A stretch of DNA of 64,000 bases from Centroscyllium fabricii (taxonomy: Eukaryota). The notes beneath the pieces are model-generated. The model was not told where the DNA came from, made no database searches, and saw only the letters and a program-made list of their open reading frames with translations. Both the position numbers and the translations under genes were made by a program. Where the stretch lies: contig JBNRSN020000008.1 of assembly GCA_051313645.2 (NCBI GenBank), positions 205,716,001 through 205,780,000 of the forward strand, read 5' to 3'. This document shows, piece by piece, positions 15,001-27,000 of the stretch (its first letter is position 1; every line of letters begins with the position of its first letter).

Positions 15001-18000
15001 TAGGCTGACACTCCAGTGCAGTACTGAGGGAGTGCTGCACCGTCGGAGGTGCTGTCTTTCAGATGAGATATTAACCCGAGGCCCCATCTGCTCTCTCAGG
15101 TGGATGCAAAAGATCCCATGGCACGATTTCTAAGAAGAGCGGGGGAGTTCTCCCCAGTTGTCATGATCAATATTTAACCTTCAGCCAATATCACTAAAAC
15201 AGATTATCTGGTCATTATCACATTGCTGTTTGTGGGAGCTTGCTGTGTGCAAATTGGCTGCTGTGTTTCCTACATTACAACAGTGACTACACTTCAAAAG
15301 TACTTCAGTGGCTGTAAAGCGCTTTGGGGCATCCTGTGGTCATGAAAACTGTTGTAAAAATGCAAGTTTTTTTCTTTTTTTTCCACCTATTTATTGGAGA
15401 AATGTAATAAATCCTGTGTGAACAACCGCTCAATTCCACTCTTCAATAAAAAATCCAAAAATAAATCATCTCCACAATGGGATCCATTAAAAATGAATGG
15501 ATTGAAAATTAAGTGTGTTCTGTAACGTGCATGTGACCCACCCCCACCAGACTACTCTAGGGGAAAACCTATCCCGCGCATCCAGGTGTTTAATCTGCTC
15601 AAGTTCCTATCACCTCTGCCATATCACAATACAAGGCTTGTAAGAAAGGGAGATTTTAATCTTCATATTGATTGGACAAAGCAAGTTGGCAAAGGTAGAC
15701 TTGAGGAAGAGTTCTTAGAGTGTATGCGGGATGGTTTCTTGGAACAATACATTGTGGAACCAACCAGGGAGCAGACTATTTTAGATCTGGTAATGTGTAA
15801 CGAGACTGGATTAATTAATGATCTCAAAGTGAAGGATTCTCTTGGGAAGAGTGATCATAGCATGGTAGAATTTCAAATTCAGTTTGAGGGTGAGAAAGCT
15901 AGGTAAGAACATAAGAACATAAGAAATAGGAGCAGGAGTAGGCCAATCAGCCCCTCGAGCCTGCTCCGCCATTCAATAAGATCATGGCTGATCCAACCCT
16001 AACCTTCTTCCCACTATCACCCTTCATCCCACCCGAAAAACCATGTGATCTCCTGGGAGAGGTGAAAAACCGGATAAAAACCCAGGCCAATTTGGGAAAA
16101 AAATCCGGGAAATTCCTCAAACTAGTGTCCTGAACTTAAACAAAGGTAATTGCAAAGGTATGAAGGCAGACTTGGTTAAAGTGGACTGGGAAAATATATT
16201 ACAGGGTAAGACTGTAGAAAAGCAGTGGCAAACATTTAAGGAGATATTTCATAACTCTCAGCAAAGATATAATTCCAGAGAAAGAAAGACTCTAAGAGAA
16301 AGATGAACCATTCATGGCTAACTAAGGAAGTAAAGGATGGCATCAAATTGAAAGCAAAGGCATAAAATGTTGCGATGAATAGTGGAAGGCCTGAGGATTG
16401 GGCAATGTTTAAAAACCATCAAAGGATGACTAAAAAAATGATAAAGAGAAGACAGCTTATGAAAGTAAGCTAGCAAGAAATATAAAAACAGACAGTAAGA
16501 GCTTCTACAGGTATATAAAAAGGAAGAGAGTAGCTAAAGTAAACGTTGGTTCCCTAGAGGATGAGTCTGGGGAATTAATAATGGGAAACAGGGAAATGGT
16601 GGAGACTTTGAACAAATATTTTGTATCGGTCTTCATGGTAGAAGACACTAAAAGCATCCCAATAATGGATAATCAAGGGGCTATTGGTGGGGGGGGGGAG
16701 GGGACTTAAAACAATCACCATCACTAGACAGAGAGTATTAAGCAAACTAATGTGACTAAAGGTAGACAAGTCCTCTGGATCCAATGGCCTGTATCCTCAA
16801 GTCTTAAAAGAGGTGACTGCAGAGATAGTGGATACATTGGTTGTAATCTACCAAAATTCCCTGGACTGAAAAACCGCAAACGTAATTGCCCTATTTAAGA
16901 AAGGAAGGAGACAGAAAGCAGGCAACTATAGACCAATTAGCCGAACATCTGTCATTGGGAAAATGCTGGAGTCCATCATTAAGGAAGTGATAGCAGGACA
17001 TTTAGAAAATCATAATATAGTCAAACAGAGTCAGCATGGTTTTATGAACGGGAAATCATGTTTGACAAATTTGGTGGAGTTCTTTGAGGATGTAACGAGC
17101 AGGGTGGATAAAGGGGAACCAGTAGATGTCGTGTATTTGGATTTCCAGAAGGCATTTGATAAGGTGCCACATAAAAGGTTACTACACAAGATAAGGTTGG
17201 GGGTAATATGGATAGAGGATTGGCTAACTAACAGAAAACAGAGAGTCAGGATAAATGGGTCATATTCAGGTTGGCAAACTAACTAGTGGGGTGCCACAGG
17301 GATCAGTGCTGGGGCCTCAACTCTTTACAATCTATATTAATGACTTGGATGAAGGGACTGAGTGTAATGTAGCTAAATTTGTTGATGATACAAATATAGG
17401 TGGGAAAGCAAATTGTGTGGAGGATGCAAAGAATCTCCAAAGGAATATAGATAGGCTAAGGGCAAAAATTTGGCAGATGGCGTATAATGTGGGAAAATGC
17501 GAGGTTATCCACTTTGGTAGGAATAATAAAAAAGCAAATTTTTATTTAATGGGGAGAGATTACACAATGTTGAGGTACAGAGGGATCTGGGGGTTCTTGT
17601 ACATGAATCACAAAAGTTAGCATGCAGGTACAACAAGTATTTAGGAAGGCAAATTGAATATTGGCCTTTATTGCAAAGGGAATGGAGTATAAAAGGAAGT
17701 CCATTGTACAACTGTACAGGGCATTGGTGAGACCACACTTGCTGTACTGCGTACAGTTTTAGTCTCCTTATTTAAGGAAGGATATACTTGCATTGGAGGC
17801 AGTTCACAGAAGGTTCACAAGGTTGATTCCTGAGTTGAAGGGGTTGACAAAGGTTGAGCAGGTTGGGCCTATACTCATTGGAGTTTAGAAGAATGAGGGG
17901 ATCTTATTGAAACATATAAGATTCTGAAGGGGCTTGACAGGGTTGATGCAGAGAGGACATTTCCCCTCGTGGGGGAATCTAGAAGTAGGGGGCATAGTTT

Positions 18001-21000
18001 CAGAATAAGGGGGCACCCATTTAAAATGGAAAGGAGGAGGAACTTCTTCTCTCAGAGGGTCGTGAATCTTTGGAATTCTCTTCCCCAGAGAGCTGTGGAG
18101 GCTGGGTCATTGAATATATTTAAGGTGATGATAGACAGATTTTTGAATGGTAAGAGAGTCAAGGGTTATGGGGAGCAGGCAGGGAAGTGGAGTTGAGGCC
18201 AAGATCAGATCAGCCATGATCTCATTAAATGGCGGAGCAGGCTCGAGGGGCTAAATGACCTACTCCTGCTCCTACATCTTATGTTCATTTCCTCCCAGCA
18301 CAACACCGGCCTACAAAGGCTAAGATTTAGCTGAAATGCAGAAAACTATCCACCTGAAAATGTCAAAGTGTTCAGTCACCAAGAAGTACAATGGCCTGTA
18401 GATGAATCCCCACACATGCGCAAGTTATACTTTAGATCCCCAATAAAAAATCATCTCCACCGTAAGCAGCTCAGACTGACTGAACTGAGAAAGCGGGAAT
18501 CAAACCCTGGCCAACTGCCTCATCCTAAGAGGTCTGGTCAACTTTGCAAACTACAGCACCAATTCCCCAAAAAGAGGTCCTCATTATGCAGACTCAAGAG
18601 AGTTCAGTTAGACCAGGCTTTCCTCTATTGAACTCATCGAGAGCTCCAACAGGCTGAGCGCCAAATGAACCCAGCCAACTGAAGCAAGTTTAGAGAACCA
18701 ACTGTGCAGCTGGAAGTGACTCAGATACGCTGTGGGAATCCCTTAGTACTTTAGTGCCGTTTCCTGCTCAGGTGTGTCTACATTTACTCACCTGGGGACC
18801 AGGTAATCCCGTTAACCCAGTTTCTCCTGGATATCCGCGAGGCCCCAGCAATCCCTGAAAAAACAAAAGGAAATTGAAGTTGCCAATTTGCATGTCTGTA
18901 AATGGAGTTGGCAGTACACACTCCAGTATTTAGGTGTCGGCTGTGGCTCAGTGGGTAGCCCTCTCGCCTCTGAGTCAACAGGTTGTAGGGTCAAATCCCA
19001 CTCCAGAGACCTGAGCACAAACATCTAGTGCTGCACTGTCTGATGTGCCGTCTTTCAGCTGAAACCTTAAAGTTTGGATGTAAAAATCCCACGGCACTAT
19101 TTTTAAGAAGAGCAGGGGAGTTCTCCCCGGTGTCCTGCCCAATATTTATCCCTCAACCAACATCACTAAAACAAAACTGATCTTTATCACTTCGCTTTTT
19201 GTGGGGCCTTGCTATGCGCATTTTGGCAGTAACGTTTCCTACATTACAACAGCGACTACACTTCAAAAGTGGCTGTGATACGCTTTGGGACGTCCTGAAG
19301 TTGTGAAAGTCTTTCTTTTTTTCAATGCCATCAACCCAACTAGGACCACCCACCTGAAAAATAAATTCCAATTCCCTTTGAGTACAAAGATTATCATGCT
19401 CCTATCATCTCAGTAATTAAAGGAAATTGAAGGTGGATCTTCCGTTTCCTTTTCACCCAATTTTGAAAGCCCTTTAAACTTAAACAAAAAAGTGTGTGTG
19501 CAGAGTGGCACAGGTCACACACGCTATGTATGGACTATAATTGTTTTCCTACCTCCACCTTGTGGTACAGGTTGAGCACCGTTAATCCGGCACGGGCGGG
19601 ACCAGGCCCGTGCCGGGAAAGCAAAAATTCCGAATGATCGAAGCTTCGACGAGCGCATGCACAGACCATTCAAAATGACCGCCGCGAAAGGCCGGCAGCC
19701 ATTTTGAGTGGTCTGCGCATGCGCTTACCGTTCGGGGAGGTGCGGCCCGGCATCGTTCGGGGAGGCCCGGCCCGGGATCGGCTTGGAGAGGCCCGGAATT
19801 GGCTCGGAGAGGCCTGGCCCGGGATCGGCTTGGAGAGGCCCGGCCCGGGAGAGGCTTGGAGAGGCCCGGCTCGGAGAGACTCGGAGAGGCCCAGCTCAGG
19901 GAGGCTCAGAGAGGCCTGGCTCGGAGAGACCCAGCTTGGAGAGGCTCGGAGAGGCCCGGCTCGGGGAGACTCGGAGAGGCCCGGCTCGGGGAGGCTCGGA
20001 GAGGCCCGGCTCGGCGAGGCCCAGCTTGGGGAGGCCCGGCTTGGGGAGGCTCAGAGAGGCCTGGCTCGGAGAGGCCCGGCTCAGGGAGGCTCAGAGAGGC
20101 CTGGCTCAGAGAGGCCCGGCTCGGGGAGACTCGGAGAGGCCCGGCTCGGGGAGACTCGGAAAGGCCCGGCACGGGGAGACTCGGAGAGGCCCGGCGCGGG
20201 GAGACTCGGAGAGGCCCGGCTCGGGGAGACTCGGAAAGGCCCGGCGCGGGGAGACTCGGAGAGGCCCGGCTCGGGGAGACTCGGAGAGGCCCGGCTCGGG
20301 GAGACTCGGAGAGGCCCGGCTCGGGGAGACTGGGAGAGGCTCAGGGAGACTCGGAGAGGCCCGGCTCGGAGAGACACGGAGAGGCCCGGCTCGGAAAGGC
20401 CCGGCTCGGGGAGACTCGGAGAGGCCATTGTGAATGATCCGTGATTGCACTCGCCGTTAGGCGGCGCATGTGCAGATCATTCGCCAAAGAATCAATCGCG
20501 GTGGCCATTTTGCGCATGGGCAGGGCAGTCGGGGAAATTATTGCCGGACGTTCGAAGTTGCCGGTTTTTCAGGTAACGGATTAACGGTGTTCAACCTGTA
20601 ACAATAGTGATAATACTGCTGAACGCCATTTGTAATGCAATTTAGCCCCTCACAAGAAACTCATTGCAAACCTCCCCTTAAAATCAGCTTCAGCCCTGGA
20701 CTCGATACTTAAAGTTAGATGAGTTAATATCGCAATCAGACAAAACAGTTTAAAAACAGTCACCCCCTCAGGGGTTTAGAACAATAATGTTTGGCTGCAT
20801 TTGCTAGTATTTATGGGTGGGCATTTCAACTACATATCTACGAGTTTTATGTAACATAGGAACAGGTGGAGCCATTCAGTCTCTTGGACCTTTCCCTCCA
20901 TTCTATCAGATCATGGTTGATGTATAACTCAACCCCATTTACCTACCTTGGCTCCCGATCCCTTAATTCCCTTAACTAACAAACATCTATCGATCTCGGT

Positions 21001-24000
21001 CTTGAAAAGTTCAATTGGCCCACGGCATTTCGGGGGAAGAGAGTTCCAGATTTACACTACCCTTTGTGCAACAAAAGTATTTTCTGATTTCCTCCTAAGT
21101 GGCCTAGGTCTAATTTTACAATAATACCTGCTTGTTCTGGATTCCCCCGTCAGAGGAAATAGCTTCTCTGTATCTCCCCTATTGAATCCCTTTATCATTG
21201 TAAAGACTTCGATTAGATCAGTCCTCAACTTTCTAAATTCAAAGTTTATATAACCTGTCCTCATAATTTAACCCCGTAAGCCTTGCTATCATTATAGCTG
21301 CGTTATACACCCGCCAAGGCCAACATATCCTTCCCAAAACTGACTGCAGTCTCTAGGCTCCGTACAACTGAAGCATCATATCCTCACTTGTGTATTCCAA
21401 CTCCCTTGAGATAAAGGCCAACATTCCATTAGCCTTTTAATTTTTTTGTACCTTTTAGTGATTTGTGTACACAAACACTCAAACCCCTTTTCTCCTCCAC
21501 AGTTCATAGGCCGAAAAATTGGCACCGGGCCTTTAGCGCCTAAAATCGGCGCTAATGGGGCAGCGCCGACGTAGCGCCCAAATTAGCGCTGGGCGCTAAA
21601 TTGGCATGATGGTTAGCGCCGGCGCTAAACGCTAGCGCTGCGCCGCCTGACGATCAACAATCGTCCTGGCAACGCGTGTGCAATGGCCGCTGGCGGGCTG
21701 TGCCCATTATTGGCCTTAGCGCCTTCGCAGTGCCACCCGCGCTGCTAAAAGGGCCACCCTCCCTCTTCGGTCCGAGCGCGGTCAGCTGATGGGGGGAGTC
21801 GGCCTGAGCGGCCAATTGATGAGAGAGCGGGGAGGGGGGCCGGATCTCTGATCATTTGCGTCTTGGTGGGTCGTGGCGACCCACCGGGAGGGGGTCGCCT
21901 AGACCCACCAAGACGCAAACGATCAGAGATCCGGCCCCCCTCCCCGCTCTCTCATCAATTGGCCGCTGAGGCCGACTCCCCCCATCAGCTGGTCGCGCTC
22001 CGACCGAAGAGGGAGGGTTATTTTAGGATTCAGAATCAATTTAATTAAGTGTATGAAATTTAACACAGCATAACCCAATTCAGAGTTTCAGTATCACAGC
22101 CTTAGCTCTCTTAACCCACTGATCAGGGGTCGCCGCGACCCTCCGAGATGCAACTGCTCAGAGAGCACGGAGAACAGCTGCTGCTCTGCTTCCACTTTAA
22201 TGCCTCATCGGCTGCAGAGGCGAAGGGGAAGCAAGCAGTTAGTCAGGGAGCGCTGCGCCCGGGAACGGCCATTAGTGCCGGTATATTAGCCGCCTGACTC
22301 TCGTGCAAGGCGGGAATTTGTGCCGAAATCTTCAAGGCCACCAGCGCCAATTTTGGACCTGTCGGCGCTAATTTTTTGCACAGCACCAAATTTAGCGCCC
22401 AATTCGTGCGCTGATGAATTTTTCGCCCATAGTCTCTTACCATTAAGAAAATATTCCTATTCGTCTTTCTTGCATCCAAAGTGAAGGAATTCACACTTGC
22501 CCACGTTGCACTCCATCTGTCACAGTTTTGCTGACTCGCTTAATCTGTCTATGTCACTTTGTAACTTCTCACTCCCATCTACACAACCTATCGTGCCTTC
22601 TCTTTAACAGTGTCTCCTCATGAGCAGCATTACACAGTTGATGGACAGCGACATGGGATTCCTGAAAGAGTTCAGCCACGATCAGGTGCAGGCATAATGC
22701 AATCAGCTGAAGAGTCTCGTTCACTAAGCTGACACGTGCGCCCCAGTGATAAAACATGCGAAATCCACCCAGCTGATGACAGAGACCTGAGTGGGCTGAC
22801 GGATTAAAATGACAGCCACCGTCTCAAGCTGAAGAAAGCCAGGCTGTCATCCGGCATCCTCTCCAACTTCTACCGCTGCACAATAGAAAGCATACTGACA
22901 AGCTGCATCACTGTCTGGTATGGTAATTGCACCATCTCGGACCGGAAAACCCTGCAGCGGGTAGTCAAAACTGCCCAACGAATTACCGGTACACAGCTAC
23001 CGTCAATGGAAAGCATCTACCTCAAACGCTGCTTACGGAGGTCTATGAACATTATTAAAGACCCCACACACCCCAGCCACAGTCTGTTCGCCCCCCTGCC
23101 CTCCGGGAGACGCTACAGAGCAATTTGCACCCGCACGACTAGATTTCAGAACAGCTTCTTCCCCAGGGCTGTCAGCCTCCTGAACTCTAAAAAGAAACTC
23201 CGGTACCTGCATGCCTGATAATGTACTCTACTGTATGCATTTTGCATGTTATTTATTTATTTTATTTGCACAACTCTCGGGAGAGTCGAGTCTTCGTCTC
23301 GTTGTATTGTACTAGTACTCTGCAATGACAATAAAACTTGAATTGAATTGAATTGAATTGATATGCATCCCTGTCACCAAGGTGGTGATGGATGGCAAGG
23401 AAAGGAGGCATTGGAGGAGCAGCGGGCCCAATGAAATGGTTAGAGCAACAACTTCTGTACCGCATCAGTGCCAACCAAGCCCTCCGATTGGTCAGGAACC
23501 ATTGCCTTCTCATTCTGCATGCTGCATAACCATTGGGAAACCTTGTGTATGGCCAACAAAGCAACAGAGGAGGGCAACAGCCGCCAGGCAAGGAAGTGCA
23601 GACAGACATCTCAAATAGTCAGGACTCACCTGTTCTCCTTTGATACCTGGCTCACCCTATTGAGGAGGAAGAAAAACAGGCCATTAGGAACATAGGAACA
23701 GGAGGAGGCCATTCAGTCTCTTGAGAATGTTCCACCATTCAGTGAGATCGAGGCTAATCTGTATCTTAACTCCATTTACCAACCTTGGTTCCATATCCAT
23801 TAATACCCTTACCTAACAAAAATCTTTCAATCGCAGTTTAGAAATTTTCATTTGATCCCCCAGCCTCAACAGCTTTTTGGGGGGAGCGAGTTCCAGGTTT
23901 CCACTACCCTTTGTGTGAGGAAATGCTTCCTGACATCACACCTGCACGGCCTAGCTCTAATTTTAAGATCATGCCCCCTTGTTCTGGACTCCCCCATTAA

Positions 24001-27000
24001 CTAACAGAGAAAGGTTAGCATAGATAAATTTTATTCCATTAAATTCTGAGGTAATGTGTGCCCACGCTCATCGTTTATGTATTAGCTACTTACGCAAACA
24101 ATTGGTAACTACAGGTATTACATAGTTTTGATTTTGGAGGCTAAGCCTCTTAAAGCTGCTGGGTACCCTTACGCGTGACATCCCTTCCCAGAATTGGATG
24201 GATAATTAATAGCTTTGCAAGCATTAAGTCAGTTGCAGTGAGATTATCTTGTCATTTATCTTATTGCTGCTTGTGGGACCTCACTGGGCACAGATTGGTT
24301 GCTGCGTTTTCTACATTACAACAGTGGCTACCCTTCAAAAATGAACTTCATTGGCTGTAAACCACTTTGGGAAGTCCTGAGGTTGTGAAAGGTGCTATAT
24401 AAATGCAAGTTCTTTCTTTTCTATCTTTCTTTTTCATCAAGAACCCTAATGGATCCACTTCATCACAGTTAATGCTTCTGCTCAGTTGATGTCCATTCAC
24501 CCCAACAGGCACATGTATTGTAGCACCAGCTTTCTAACCATTTTTATGAATCATATTTTATATCCAAAACCCCAAGAAAGAACTGTGCTGTTGGGCAAGC
24601 TTGTGGGAGTGGCTTAGGGAATAGGATTGCAGGCCAGGCTAACCTGACTAAAGTGCATTCACATGCAAATGGCCATCTCACACTGACAGGCTGGGTGGAA
24701 GGGAACCCAGGCCGATTGACGTCATCACCATCTAACATGATTACTGGGAACAATACCCCGAGAGGTAACTCGGAGACACTACGCCCTCACATCAATAAAG
24801 CACACTCCTAACCGAAACTGGTGGAAGGCAGGAGATGGCCAAGCCATTGTCTTCCAGGAGATAAGCAAGTTCGGTTTGAGATTGAAACCCATTACCTGCT
24901 AATGGGGGCCATCAACTCAGGAAACGACAGACATCCAGTAATCAGCACTCGTCGTCTCTCCAGGTGCCAGGCCTGGGAGCGGGGAAACGGAATATCATTT
25001 TTCACAAAGATTGCAAAGGTCATGTGTCACTCCGGGCCACAGGGGGGGTCCAGACAGATCACCTGAGTCAATACATCGATCAGTATTGGTGGGAGAAAAG
25101 GTGATGGGTTTTGGGTATATCAGGAACCGTTCGGGGGCTGCACTCTCTCTTCTCCTCAGTTAAGTCTACAGCGAGTCTCCCGAGTGGGGCTCGGCTTGAT
25201 GGAACATGCCAGAAGCTGATCGCTGCTCTTCATCCCTCATCAACGGACCTCGACTCAAACTGGAACTTGGATACCGCGTCGGCGGTACGGAACCAGGAGC
25301 GAGATGTACAGGAAGACGCTGCAAGCAAGACAACGGGCAATCGAGATGAGCATATTGCCTGCACCTACACATCCACAAGACCACTTAGCTGTGTGAGGGG
25401 TCGATTTTAAGTCCCAACCAAACCTTAGAGGGGTTTAGTGCTGGGGTTCTGTGTTAGTTTATTTCAGGGGGGGTTCTTTTATTAGATCATGGTAATTTAG
25501 CACGGTATGGCTTGTTGGACAAGCCAGGGTTGTATTGTTTTGTACTGTTACGAGTGTTATTGTTAATCCTATTAAACACAATACGGTTGAGCTCAAACGA
25601 GTGTCCGAGTCTGATCTGTCCATCTAATCCCTATCCTCCAGAACTTGTAGTAAGAGGTGTGTTCTCGGTGCGCCCGAGAAAACCACTTACAGTACAGCAA
25701 CGAACCAGGAAATTTGTAAATAATAGACAGCGAGCATTAACAGGAGTCTCAATCAGGAAATCCAGCCACACACTCCTGTGGCTGTAAGGGTGGTCCCCTC
25801 ACCTTCAGTCCAGGAACTCCAGGTAGTCCAACTTCTCCCGGGTACCCCTATAGAAAAGAAGAAAATCAAACGTGATGCTACAAGGCATTTAAAAGCGATT
25901 CACTTTTTCAACAACTGCCTGAAATGGTCATTTCCATTTCATCGTCTTTCGTACTGAAAATTAAGGGCTAGAAATTCAGTGCATTTGTGCCTCCAGGGGG
26001 AGCTAGCGGGCCGCAAAGGATTTTTCGCCCGGGTTCAGTGCCGCTAACGACTCCCGCTAAATTCAACGGGAGTTTAGCGCTGGCAGTAACCGGTCACGCC
26101 CTGCTCCGCTGCGCAGGCAATGGCGACATCATCACCATGTGCAGCACCCTGTTTTCGCCCCACCTGCAAAATTGGCTCACGCCCCTTGAATATGCACTGG
26201 GCGATGACTGCGGGCGGGAACGGGAACAGAGCAGCGGGAGGCTCACGGGGCGGTAAGTAAAGGGGAGGTGACAGGCGGGGAAAGAAAAAAAATCAAATCA
26301 GCCGACTTACTTGTCCTGGCCCGTTGCCTCTTTGAACGCGGGGCCCGTGCCGCGATCTGCTGGCAGCCCGACACTCCGCTTGTGTGCTGGGCTGCTGGCA
26401 CGGCACCCCACTTCCCGGTGGTCCAGGTAGGACACCGCAGAGTTGTGGGCTTGGACCCCGCGGCAGCGCAACGTGGCCCAGTGTGTCGCGCTGCGGAACG
26501 CACTGCCCAATATTTGGGGGTAGCGCTCTAAGAAGGAAGTAGAGCTTGAATTTGCGCTCCACCTTCCTCTTAGGGCGCTAAAACTGAATTTAGCGATCGC
26601 CGGCGCTATTTTCCGCTGGACGGTAAATTTCTAAATTTAGCGCCCAGGCAATGTTAGCGACCCAAAATGGTCGCTAACAAATTTTTCCCCCTAATAGTCC
26701 CCAATAGCAAGGACGTTGGCTCAATCATAACCATAACTTTTAATGGCATTCACCAGGATTAAGTCCAACAATGACTGGCCTAAGTTTGAAGTATTCATCT
26801 GAAAAACAGTCGTCTTAAAGTCACCACAGAACAGCTGATCTCCCTATTGGTTTCCCCAAGGTTCCTAGCAGTGGGGAAAGCTGGGAGTTGGGATTGAGCA
26901 ACAAAACATTGCTCATTTCTCATTGTTTGCAAGTAGGTAATAAGATTTCCATTCCTTTGATTGAGTAGATTGGGCCGATATTCTCTGGGGTTTAGGAGAA

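Noticed and set aside
19704-20450. Overlapping 200-250 aa ORFs
   Set aside because: Translations of a stop-free minisatellite inside a MITE
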